Shown: positions 1 through 8,399 of the stretch, in pieces | How the letters are laid out: each line of letters opens with the position of its first letter | Numbering within the stretch: position 1 is the first letter of the stretch | Source: Thermomicrobiales bacterium | Lineage (GTDB): Bacteria; Chloroflexota; Chloroflexia; Thermomicrobiales; UBA6265 | Length of the DNA stretch: 64,000 bases | Assembly (NCBI GenBank): GCA_023957115.1 | Contig: JAMLHN010000003.1 | Span: 927 to 64,926, forward strand | Direction of reading: 5' to 3' | Program-made: the position numbers and the translations under genes | The notes under the pieces: generated by a model | What the model saw: only the letters and a program-made list of their open reading frames with translations | Told to the model about the DNA's origin: nothing | Databases searched by the model: none

Positions 1-559
1 CGATCCCGGCGACGACGATGACCGATGCTTGTGCGAATGTGGTGGGGATTGCCAGGACGGCCAAGGCGGCCAGGATGGCCATGGTCGCACGTAAACGGCC
101 GGTGCAGAATTGCCGTCCCATGCCCCAAACTGCCTGGGCAACGATGGCCACCGCGACCACTTTCAGACCATGGACCCATCCGGCCGAGGCCAGATCGAAT
201 CGATCGACCGCCATTGCGAACATGAGCAGGGCGATGGCGGAGGGCAATGTGAAGCCGAGCCAGGCGGCGAGACCGCCCAGCATACCCGCTCGCATGGTTC
301 CGATGGCAATGCCAACTTGACTGCTGGCCGGTCCGGGCAGGAATTGACAGAGCGCGATCAGATCCGCATAGGCGCGTTCATCCAGCCAGCGACGTTTGCG
401 GACGTATTCCTCGCGGAAGTAGCCAAGATGCGCGATCGGGCCGCCGAATGAGGTGAGTCCGAGCTTCAACGCAACCCAGGCGACTTCGAGCGCGGAGTGC
501 GTATCCGATGGAGGAGCAATCGCCGGTGCCGGATCGTCGTGGGCTGGCGTCTCGGTCAC
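1..559 (-). CDS. chrA: Chromate transporter (CHR family), N-terminal part; the gene continues beyond the left edge
   Basis: Missing from the ORF track because it runs off the window. Reverse translation from GTG at 559 gives VTETPAHDD...LKLGLTSFGGPIAHLGYFREEYVRKRRWLDERAYADLIALCQFLPGPASSQVGIAIG, the hallmark CHR-family block. The + strand ORFs 18-320 and 110-451 are Ala/Arg-rich antisense artefacts. Confidence 0.8.
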   Translation of the reverse strand, partial: MTETPAHDDPAPAIAPPSDTHSALEVAWVALKLGLTSFGGPIAHLGYFREEYVRKRRWLDERAYADLIALCQFLPGPASSQVGIAIGTMRAGMLGGLAAWLGFTLPSAIALLMFAMAVDRFDLASAGWVHGLKVVAVAIVAQAVWGMGRQFCTGRLRATMAILAALAVLAIPTTFAQASVIVVAGI

Positions 560-714
560 GTTTCCATCACTTTCGCGCCCGGCGCGACGATCGATGCCCT
601 ACAGAGATGGGTACTCGGCTATCAGTCTATCGTGTGGGAATCTGAGGGATCGGGATGAGCGATGCAAACGGCTCCGGTCCGCATCGGACCGGAGCCGTTT
701 TATGCACGTGACGC

Positions 715-1242
715 CTATGCTCCGAATGTCCAGAGCGTCGCGCAATAGGGTTCCTCAACCGTCAGCACGTGCGCGACGCGCAGATCGAGCCGGTAGAGGT
801 TCCACGGGGGCGGTCCTGCGCTCTGGGCGCTGTATGGAGCGACGAGCGCGCCGTTCTCGGCCTGCGCCGGCCATCCATCTGCGCGATAGTGGGCCGCAAC
901 GGCTTCCAGTGTTTCCGGATCGGTGACGATCGACGCGGTACCTTCGAGCACGAGATCCATCCCTCGAAGACGGGACGCAATGCTGCACTGCGGATTGCGG
1001 TCGAGATACCGTGACTTTGCCGTGCCCGGGCCACTTGTGAAATACATCTGACCGTCGTGCCAGAGTGACCCAATGCCGGTGAGATGCGGCGCGCCCTCCG
1101 GTGAGACCGTGCCCAGGTAGGACACCTGCTCGGCCCCCTCGGTCGCCGGATTCTCGAGCCGTTCCAGCACCGTGCTCCACTCGAGCGGCGGGTTGCCGTA
1201 GCGATCGATATTCTTGACGCTGATCGGTTGATTGTTCGACAT
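715..1242 (-). CDS. Pyridoxamine 5'-phosphate oxidase (PPOX)-family flavin-binding protein
   Basis: I trimmed ORF 715..1359 to the ATG at 1242 (MSNNQPISV...), which has GAGGAGGAAG just upstream. The YLGTVSPEGAPHLTGIGSLWHDGQMYFTSGPGTAKSRYLDRNPQCSI pattern is typical of the PPOX split-barrel family. Confidence 0.6.
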   Translation of the reverse strand: MSNNQPISVKNIDRYGNPPLEWSTVLERLENPATEGAEQVSYLGTVSPEGAPHLTGIGSLWHDGQMYFTSGPGTAKSRYLDRNPQCSIASRLRGMDLVLEGTASIVTDPETLEAVAAHYRADGWPAQAENGALVAPYSAQSAGPPPWNLYRLDLRVAHVLTVEEPYCATLWTFGA

Positions 1243-1428
1243 TGCTCTTCCTCCTCGATGAGCCGGTTTCACCCTGTTGTCGCCTGGCTGTGCCGGGATT
1301 CGACACGAGCTCCTTCCTCTGCATCCCGTCATCTGGGCGAACGACATTCCCGGTAGCATTCGCTCGTCCTGGATCGTGCCGGGACGGAATTGTTTCGATC
1401 TTGCGAACGTGATGGGTACGCCGGCTGC

Positions 1429-2316
1429 ATGGGACGTGGACTACTGCTGGTCTTGCTGGCAACGATCTGTTGGGGGACCTCGGGGACGTCCAGCACCTAC
1501 GCGCCCGAATCGGCCGATGCCCAGTCGATCGGCGCTATCCGCGTCATCATCGGGGCGTTGGCCCTGTTCGTCTTTGCGCTGATCGATGGCCGAAATCGCA
1601 GGCGGCCGTCGTGGCGCTGGTTGCTGGTTCTGATTGGGGCAATCGGGGTCGCGGGCGGACAGCTCGCCTTCTTCACCGCTATCGACCGTGCAGGTGTGGC
1701 CGTCAGCACCATGCTGACCATCGGAGTCGCCCCAGTTTTTGCTGGCATCCTGAGCGCGCGCTTCCTGCACCAGCGTCCCGGACGTCTGTGGGCCGTCGCG
1801 ACGGTGCTGGCGATCGCTGGCGCTGCCATGATGGTGCTGGGTACAGCGGATTCGGTTGGCGGCGATCCGCTCGGCTTGCTCTTCGGGCTTCTGGGTGGGG
1901 CGGGGTATGCCATCTATGTGACGGTCAGCAAACTGCTGATCGAACAGGGGCACGATGCCGTCGATGTCACCGCCGCGATCTTCTGCGTTGCCGCCGTCAT
2001 GCTCCTCCCAGTCTTTTTCACGGGGGATTGGCGGTGGGTACTGGAGCCTCGGGGCGCGGTCGTCGCGTTGTATCTGGGGTTATTGACGAATGCGCTTCCG
2101 TACCATCTCTTCGGTCTCGGGTTGACCCTGGTGCCGGTGGCCACCGCCGCAACGCTGACCCTGATGGAGCCGTTGACGGCCACATTTCTGGGAGTCGTCT
2201 GGCTTGGAGAGCGGCTTTCCGGGTTGCAATGGCTTGGTATCGCGTTGCTGATGGCCGGATTGTTGCTGTTGGCGTTGCCGGCGCGGTCCCGGCCGTCCAC
2301 TATGCCCGGCCGGTAA
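1429..2316 (+). CDS. EamA/DMT-superfamily transporter
   Basis: Start at the internal ATG 1429 (MGRGLLLVLLATICWGTSG...). About ten hydrophobic segments in a duplicated EamA-like arrangement. Confidence 0.75.
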   Translation: MGRGLLLVLLATICWGTSGTSSTYAPESADAQSIGAIRVIIGALALFVFALIDGRNRRRPSWRWLLVLIGAIGVAGGQLAFFTAIDRAGVAVSTMLTIGVAPVFAGILSARFLHQRPGRLWAVATVLAIAGAAMMVLGTADSVGGDPLGLLFGLLGGAGYAIYVTVSKLLIEQGHDAVDVTAAIFCVAAVMLLPVFFTGDWRWVLEPRGAVVALYLGLLTNALPYHLFGLGLTLVPVATAATLTLMEPLTATFLGVVWLGERLSGLQWLGIALLMAGLLLLALPARSRPSTMPGR

Positions 2317-2418
2317 AGCGTGACGCCGGATCCGCCACTGGCTATGCGAAACTAATCACTATTCTGATCGAGGGCAGAATGTCTGTACTGGAGCGAAAAC
2401 AGCGAGGAAGGATCGACG

Positions 2419-4197
2419 ATGGCGTCTAAGAATGGGTCGAACGGGCACCAGAGTGGTGCATTCGATGTGCGGCATCAGAGCCGTCATATCCTCGACGGGG
2501 TCGAGCGTGCCGGCGCCCGCGCGATGCTCAAGGGTATCGGGCTGACCGATGAGGATCTCAAGAAGCCGATGGTCCTCATTGCCAATACCTGGATCGAGAC
2601 GATGCCGTGCAACTTCGGCTTGCGCACACTGGCGCATGCCGTCAAGGAAGGCGTGAAAGCAGCCGGCGGGTTCCCCATGGAGATGAACACGGTCTCCATC
2701 TCGGACGGGATCACCATGGGCACCGAGGGGATGAAGACCTCGCTCATTTCCCGTGAGATGATTGCCGACTCGGTCGAGCTGGTTGCGCGCGGTCATATGT
2801 TCGACGCGATCATCGGGCTCGGCGCCTGTGACAAGACGCTTCCCGGATTGTCGATGGCGCTGGCGCGGGTGAATGTTCCCGGTTTCGTCGTCTACGGAGG
2901 CACGATTCTCCCCGGTGAGGTCGAGATCGACGGTGAGATGCACGAGGCGACGGTGCGTTCGGTCTATGAGGCCATCGGCGCGCATAAGGCCGGCAAGATG
3001 AGCGCCGAGGCGCTCAAGCTGATCGAGGATCATGCCTGCCCGTCTCATGGCGCCTGCGGCGGTCAGTACACGGCCAACACCATGGCGATGGCCATGGAGT
3101 TCATCGGACTCTCGCCGCTTGGGTCGGCCTCCCCACCGGCCGTTTCCTGGGAACAGTACGAAGCCGGTGAAGGGACCAAGCAGTCGGTCGTCAATCCACG
3201 GAAGATGGAGGTCGGCCGCCAGGCAGGTGAGATGATCATGCACCTGCTCCGCAACGGGATCAAGCCGCGCGACATCCTCACTCGGGAAGCATTCGAGAAT
3301 GCGATCGCCGGTGTGGCCGCCAGTGGCGGCTCGACCAACGCGGTCCTGCACCTGCTCGCGCTGGCCGATGAGGCGGGAGTCGAGCTTTCGATCGACGACT
3401 TCGACGAGATCTCCCGCCGGACGCCACTGATCTGCGACATGATGCCGGGCGGTCGCTATGCCGCCGCCGATCTCGACAAGGCTGGTGGCACGCCACTGGT
3501 TGCCAAGCGCATGATCGAAGGTGGCAAGCTGCGTGGCGATCTGTTGACCGCCAGCGGCGTCACGTTCGAGGCCGAGGCGTCGGACGCGGTCGAAACCCCG
3601 GGTCAGGACGTTGTCGTCACGGTCGACAAGCCGATCAAGGATTCGGGCGGACTCGTCATCCTCAAGGGCAATATCGCCCCCGATGGCGCGGTCATCAAGA
3701 TCTTTGGTTACGAGCGGCCGTACCATCGTGGACCGGCGCGGGTCTTTGACTCGGAGCATGACGCCCTGGAGGCGGTTTACGCCAACAAGATCAATGACGG
3801 CGATGTGGTGGTCATCCGCTATGAGGGACCGAAGGGCGGTCCGGGTATGCAGGAGATGCTGGCCATCACTGCGGCCATGATTGGTCAGGGGCTGGGCGGT
3901 TCCTGCGCGCTGGTCACCGACGGTCGCTTCTCGGGGGCAACCAAGGGGCTCATGTCGGGTCACGTTGCGCCGGAGGCGTTCGTGGGCGGACCGATTGCCG
4001 CGGTGCATGAAGGCGATATGGTGGTCATGGACATCGACAATCGCGGACTGAACATCGAGGTGTCAGACGAGGAGATCGCCGAGCGTCTCAAGGGTTGGTC
4101 GCCGCCGGAACCACGGTACAAGAAGGGCGTCCTGGCCAAGTACGCCTCGTTGGTCACCCAGGCGAACGAGGGCGCGGTCACGCGGCCGATTTTCTAG
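2419..4197 (+). CDS. ilvD: Dihydroxy-acid dehydratase
   Basis: 592 aa with a GAGGAAGGA Shine-Dalgarno site. Family blocks are present throughout ([51 protein letters not shown]). Confidence 0.95.
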   Translation: MASKNGSNGHQSGAFDVRHQSRHILDGVERAGARAMLKGIGLTDEDLKKPMVLIANTWIETMPCNFGLRTLAHAVKEGVKAAGGFPMEMNTVSISDGITMGTEGMKTSLISREMIADSVELVARGHMFDAIIGLGACDKTLPGLSMALARVNVPGFVVYGGTILPGEVEIDGEMHEATVRSVYEAIGAHKAGKMSAEALKLIEDHACPSHGACGGQYTANTMAMAMEFIGLSPLGSASPPAVSWEQYEAGEGTKQSVVNPRKMEVGRQAGEMIMHLLRNGIKPRDILTREAFENAIAGVAASGGSTNAVLHLLALADEAGVELSIDDFDEISRRTPLICDMMPGGRYAAADLDKAGGTPLVAKRMIEGGKLRGDLLTASGVTFEAEASDAVETPGQDVVVTVDKPIKDSGGLVILKGNIAPDGAVIKIFGYERPYHRGPARVFDSEHDALEAVYANKINDGDVVVIRYEGPKGGPGMQEMLAITAAMIGQGLGGSCALVTDGRFSGATKGLMSGHVAPEAFVGGPIAAVHEGDMVVMDIDNRGLNIEVSDEEIAERLKGWSPPEPRYKKGVLAKYASLVTQANEGAVTRPIF

Positions 4198-4356
4198 TCC
4201 GGAGCGCGGAGTCCGGCGGCCGGAGAAGACCGACGGGCTCGGTTTCTCGGGCACGTTCCAGCCTGAAACAGATCAGAAAAGCAAACGGTCCGGGGATCAG
4301 CGCAATCCCGGACCGTATTGCGTTTCTACCGCCGACACTCAGTTACTCGATACTTC

Positions 4357-4450
4357 GCTGCCTGCTGCCTGCTGCCTGCTGCCTGCTGCCTGCTGCCTGC
4401 TGCCTGCTGCCTGCTGCCTGCTGCCTGCTGCCTGCTGCCTGCTGCCTGCT
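4357..4450. repeat. Perfect heptanucleotide tandem array (CTGCCTG), about 13.4 copies
   Basis: Read directly. Period 7 with no interruptions. The last unit overlaps the TAG stop (4449-4451) of the minus-strand small ORF. Confidence 0.95.
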
Positions 4451-4655
4451 ACCGGTTGTTCCAGCCGATCAGGATCAGGATGGCACAGATGAGCAGGAGC
4501 GCCAGCAGACCGATGATGATGGCCCATTGGAGCCAGGAATCGGGGTTGGACGAACCCTCCGGTTCGTCCGGCTCCTGGGTAACCGCCAGCTCGATCTCCG
4601 GATCGGTTACCGGGCGGTCGACTTCGATAATCTCGGCGGAATCCTGCTCGTTCAC
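4449..4655 (-). CDS. Hypothetical small single-pass membrane protein (68 aa)
   Basis: GTG start. Acidic N-terminus followed by one C-terminal TM segment (WLQWAIIIGLLALLLICAILILIGW). Third codon positions are G/C-rich as in neighbouring genes, but the RBS is weak and no family is recognised. Confidence 0.35.
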   Translation of the reverse strand: MNEQDSAEIIEVDRPVTDPEIELAVTQEPDEPEGSSNPDSWLQWAIIIGLLALLLICAILILIGWNNR

Positions 4656-4670
4656 GCGCGCAGTGTACCT

Positions 4671-4848
4671 GAGGACGGGGGAGTTAGGAGTTGGGATCTA
4701 GGAGTTGGGAACGAAGGTCCCGAGTTCCGGGTCCTGAGTCCTGCGAAGATCTGGACAACCGAGCGCGGTATTCGCATCGACCCTTGATCAGGAGACGGTC
4801 GTTGTTCGGGAGCTCCCGAACTCCTAAATCCCAACTCCCAACTCCTAG
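4671..4848. repeat. Composite element: inverted degenerate heptamer arms (GGAGTTR / YAACTCC) around a core of about 100 nt; copy A
   Basis: Left arm gaggacgggggagttaggagttgggatctaggagttgggaac. Right arm cccgaactcctaaatcccaactcccaactcctag. The core is homologous to 13708-13863. The right arm supplies the TAG stop of the HD-domain gene. Confidence 0.85.
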
Positions 4849-6212
4849 AACGCCCCTCCAAGCTCGGGGAAGAGGAGGGTTTCCCAGTGGGCGGCGACGG
4901 CGTCACGATGGGGAGCCGAGGCGATGATGCGGACGAGACGGCGATGCTCTTCGAAGCGCTTGAAATCGTCGTCCCCCAGCCCGACGACCTCGCGCCACGG
5001 CATCAGGCGGCGGAATCCGACCGGTTGCCGTTCGAACCAGACCCAGACGTCGGTGCGCCACCGTTCCGGTTTGGGGATATCGATCAGGATCGTCTCATCG
5101 GGCAGCGGGGTTCCGACGATTGCTTCGAGTCTCCGGGTCATCCCGAGCTCGACCGCTCGCCGGCGCTCCGGTGTATGGAACAGATCGCCGATTCGCAGGT
5201 AGAGGTCGGATGCCTGGGCGCTGATCTCGACGGCGCGTTTGTGGATCTCGCGCCGGTGGAGCGCATTGGCCAGCCGCCGGGTTGTATCTGGCATGCGAAA
5301 CCTGAGCATGAGCGCCAGCAGCGAGGCATCGTCGTTGTTGGTCAGCTCATTCGCTTCGATCGCACCGGCCAGCATGGCGTCCTGGACCGCGCGCAGCAGC
5401 ATCGCCATACAAGCGCGATTGGTGTGATGCCAATAGATGTTGTCGAACATTTCCTGGCGGGCGTTGATGAGCGAATGCAGGGGGCTGACCCCTTTGGCGT
5501 CGACCGCGATACGCGGCTGCGCCTCCGCGGGTGGCGTGGCGAAAATGAGCGAGGCGATCAAGCGGGCCGTGTCGACGCCGCCATACGGCACGCTACACGC
5601 GCGCGCGTCGCGGGGCAGGTAGTCGAGCTTGTCGACATCCAGCGGTCCGGACAGGATGCCGCGAAGCAGCGCATCGGCCGGATGGAGCTGATATCCGGCG
5701 GGATCGATGATCGTCGCGACCCGTTCCGGATCGACACCCCAGGCGTCGCGCAAGATGGGGGCAATCTCCGGGCCTAGCACGATCTGCCGTCCGACCCGTT
5801 CGTGCGAGACGACCGGGTCGCCAAGCTCTTCGATGGCATGGGAAAAGGGATAGTGACCGATATCGTGCAAGAGGGCCGCGGCGCAGAGCGTGCGGGCGTC
5901 TTCGTCGGTAATCCAGACTGCGTCCGCGCGCGCGCGCAAGTGCTCGACCGCTTGCCGCGCCAGATGAAAGACACCGATCGAGTGCTCGAACCGGGTATGG
6001 CGGGCGCCCGGCCAGACGCGGGAGACGAACCCCAGCTGTTGAATGCGTTCCAGTCGCAGAAACGCCTGCGAATCGATCAACCGGAGCTCGGCATCGGCCA
6101 GGGGAACAATGTCGTAGAGCGTGTCTCGCAGCATGGTGACAACCGGAAAGCCGGTGCCAACCGTTTTCCCCCGATGCGATTCTGGATGTGTGGTCACCTG
6201 TGTCTCGGTCAT
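4845..6212 (-). CDS. HD-domain phosphohydrolase (dGTPase/SAMHD1-like dNTP triphosphohydrolase family)
   Basis: I trimmed the ORF to the ATG at 6212 (MTETQVTT...). Contains HTRFEHSIGVFHLARQ and LLHDIGHYPFSHAIEEL, the H...HD...D metal-binding signature of this family. Confidence 0.8.
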   Translation of the reverse strand: MTETQVTTHPESHRGKTVGTGFPVVTMLRDTLYDIVPLADAELRLIDSQAFLRLERIQQLGFVSRVWPGARHTRFEHSIGVFHLARQAVEHLRARADAVWITDEDARTLCAAALLHDIGHYPFSHAIEELGDPVVSHERVGRQIVLGPEIAPILRDAWGVDPERVATIIDPAGYQLHPADALLRGILSGPLDVDKLDYLPRDARACSVPYGGVDTARLIASLIFATPPAEAQPRIAVDAKGVSPLHSLINARQEMFDNIYWHHTNRACMAMLLRAVQDAMLAGAIEANELTNNDDASLLALMLRFRMPDTTRRLANALHRREIHKRAVEISAQASDLYLRIGDLFHTPERRRAVELGMTRRLEAIVGTPLPDETILIDIPKPERWRTDVWVWFERQPVGFRRLMPWREVVGLGDDDFKRFEEHRRLVRIIASAPHRDAVAAHWETLLFPELGGAF

Positions 6213-6274
6213 GATGAAAGAATACGCGTCATGGTGTCCGCGTTTCCGCGGCAGAGATCGGTGAGGGACAACCC

Positions 6275-7498
6275 GTGTCGCGGGCAGCCAATTCGGACGA
6301 CGCGTCGAACGTGGCACGAGTCATACGGCAACCTCCTGCTCAGCCCTTTATCTCGTTCCGCTTTGCCCTCGCGCTCGTCACCTTCACCCTCTGGTCGACC
6401 GACGTCATGTCCCCGGCGCTGCCGGCCATCCAAGACGACTTCTTGCTTTCGGCCAAGGCGGTCGGACTGACCGTCTCCTTCTTCTTCCTGGGACGGTTGC
6501 TTGGCAATTTCCCGGCTGCCCGGTTTCTCGATACCGCCGGATCCCCGCGGGTGGCATCGATCGGGGGCTTGGTCATGGTGTTGGGTTCCGTGACCAACGC
6601 AGTCGCCCCCAATATCGAGGTGCTCTATGCCGGACGCGCCTTGCAGGGGGTGGGCATTGCCTTGCTGGTGAACGCTGGTTTGCGCTCGATCCTATCCGCG
6701 CGGCCGGGCCGGGGTGTAGCAATGACGCTGTATGGCATCGCATCCACGATCGGCAGCGTGATCGGCTTGCAGAGCAGTGGGCTGCTGACCGGAAGCTACG
6801 GTTGGCGATCGATTTTCGTCCTTTCGGCGATGCTCGGTGTCGTGCTGACGATTTTGCCAATTGTCAGCACCAGCGTCGCCCGCCGCTCATTGCGGCCGGT
6901 GGAGCATACGTCTACCGTAGCTGGGGTGATCGTCCCCTTGCGGACGTATCTGGCGCCCCTGGCGATCAACTTTCTGGTCTTCTGTAACTACTCGATCTGG
7001 GTCATCGTGCCGCTCTATGCGCAGCGGCAGTTCGATGCCAGTCCCACCGCCACGGCCAATCTTCTCTTGATCATTACGATTACCCACCTGGCCGCAGCGG
7101 TGCCGGTAAGCCGGGCAATCGGCCGGTTTGGGCCATCCCGGGTGCTGGTAAGCTCGTTGCTCATCGCCGCGGCCGGAAGCGCGGGGATCCTGCTCGCGAA
7201 TTCGGTCTGGTTGCTTGGGTTGCCGCTCGCCTTGTATGGCGCTGGTATGGTGGGGGCGGTCAATTCCGGGGGTGATATTGTGTTGCATCGTGGGGGAGCC
7301 GGCTCCCGGGCGGTGGGATCCCTCCGGCAGACCAGCGATCTCGGCCGGGTTATCGGGCCAATCGTGGCAGGTGCGATTGCCGATGCGTTGAGCTACAGCG
7401 CTCCGTTCGTTGTCTTTCCATTCCTGATGCTGGTCGTCGTCGCCGGGATCGTCGTACCGGGCGGACTTGGACCCCGGACCGTAACGGAGAATGCCTGA
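6275..7498 (+). CDS. MFS transporter
   Basis: 407 aa with about 12 predicted TM segments and an MFS-like loop motif (GRLLGNFPAARFLD). The stop overlaps the next start (ATGA-type junction at 7496-7500). Confidence 0.8.
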   Translation: MSRAANSDDASNVARVIRQPPAQPFISFRFALALVTFTLWSTDVMSPALPAIQDDFLLSAKAVGLTVSFFFLGRLLGNFPAARFLDTAGSPRVASIGGLVMVLGSVTNAVAPNIEVLYAGRALQGVGIALLVNAGLRSILSARPGRGVAMTLYGIASTIGSVIGLQSSGLLTGSYGWRSIFVLSAMLGVVLTILPIVSTSVARRSLRPVEHTSTVAGVIVPLRTYLAPLAINFLVFCNYSIWVIVPLYAQRQFDASPTATANLLLIITITHLAAAVPVSRAIGRFGPSRVLVSSLLIAAAGSAGILLANSVWLLGLPLALYGAGMVGAVNSGGDIVLHRGGAGSRAVGSLRQTSDLGRVIGPIVAGAIADALSYSAPFVVFPFLMLVVVAGIVVPGGLGPRTVTENA

Positions 7499-8238
7499 TG
7501 CGCGTTGGATTGATTTCGGATGTCTATGGAAACCGGGTCGCGCTCGAAACGGTGCTTGCGGCCCTCGCGCGTGATGCGCCCGACCGGATCGTCTGTCTCG
7601 GCGATTGTGCGGTGATGGGACCGGACCCAGCCGGATCGCTCGATCTGCTGGAGACGCTTGGCTGTCCCGTGATTCTGGGGAATGCCGATGTCGAGCTCTT
7701 CACCGATCCCGCCCGGGTGGTGGAGATCGAGGAGCGACCGCTGATGCGCGATCTCATTCTCTGGACGCAACGGCAGCTCGAAGAGCGCCAGTTGGCCTTT
7801 GCCCGGACCTTCGTGCCAACCATCGAGCTCGATCTTGGCTCTGGGGTGCGGTTGCTCTGCTTTCATGGCTCGCCCAGGTCCAATATGGAGATCATCGACC
7901 GGTCGACGAGCCCGGAAGACCTGGCTGAGGCGATCGAAGGTTCGACTGCGACGTTGCTGGCCGGTGGGCACACGCACACCCAGCTCATGCGCCGTTTCGG
8001 TGAACAATGGCTCATCAATCCCGGCAGCGTGGGCATGACCTTCTGCCGCACGCGGATCGACCGGCCCAATAGCGCGCCGCCCTGGGCTGAATATGCCATC
8101 GTCACAGTCGAGCATGGCGCAATCGACGTCTCGTTGCGGGCCGTGCCGCTCGATCTGGCGCGGGTGCGTGCCCAGGCTCCAGCCGATATGCCATTTCGGG
8201 ACGAGTGGTTGATGGATTGGGCCGACCCTATCGGTTGA
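7498..8238 (+). CDS. Metallophosphoesterase family protein (YfcE-like)
   Basis: MRVGLISDVYGN...IVCLGDCAVMGPDP...GNAD...GGHTH blocks match the calcineurin-like phosphoesterase metal-binding motifs. Confidence 0.75.
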   Translation: MRVGLISDVYGNRVALETVLAALARDAPDRIVCLGDCAVMGPDPAGSLDLLETLGCPVILGNADVELFTDPARVVEIEERPLMRDLILWTQRQLEERQLAFARTFVPTIELDLGSGVRLLCFHGSPRSNMEIIDRSTSPEDLAEAIEGSTATLLAGGHTHTQLMRRFGEQWLINPGSVGMTFCRTRIDRPNSAPPWAEYAIVTVEHGAIDVSLRAVPLDLARVRAQAPADMPFRDEWLMDWADPIG

Positions 8239-8399
8239 GGTCCAGCGTCCAGGGATCGGAGCAAGGGGCTGGGTCTCTGTGGCTGGTTTCTCTCGCAAAT
8301 CGTGCCGGCGCATTGACCATCTCTGGTCCGACCGTGGAAAATCAGCCGAACGACGTCGTTCGCACCACATCTTGACACAGTCTTTCTGCGAGGGAATCG

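Noticed and set aside
4095-4787. Track ORFs reading through heptamer arrays and giving repetitive peptides. Examples: AACCLLPAACCLLP at 4095-4787 and 4318-4701; [14 protein letters not shown] at 22335-22643, 22481-23614 and 62727-63107; VRCPVSGVRCPVSG and GLRTQDSGLRTQDS at 37504-37999; TGHRTQDTGHRTQD at 43853-44391.
   Set aside because: A 7-nt unit cycles through all three frames, so any frame stays open. The flanking parts of these ORFs are antisense to, or overlap, well-supported genes. They are repeat artefacts, not proteins.
4845-6212. The HD-domain dNTPase-like gene as an anti-phage dGTPase defence gene
   Set aside because: This family is widespread as a housekeeping dNTP triphosphohydrolase. 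There is no defence-island context here, only ilvD and transporters nearby.
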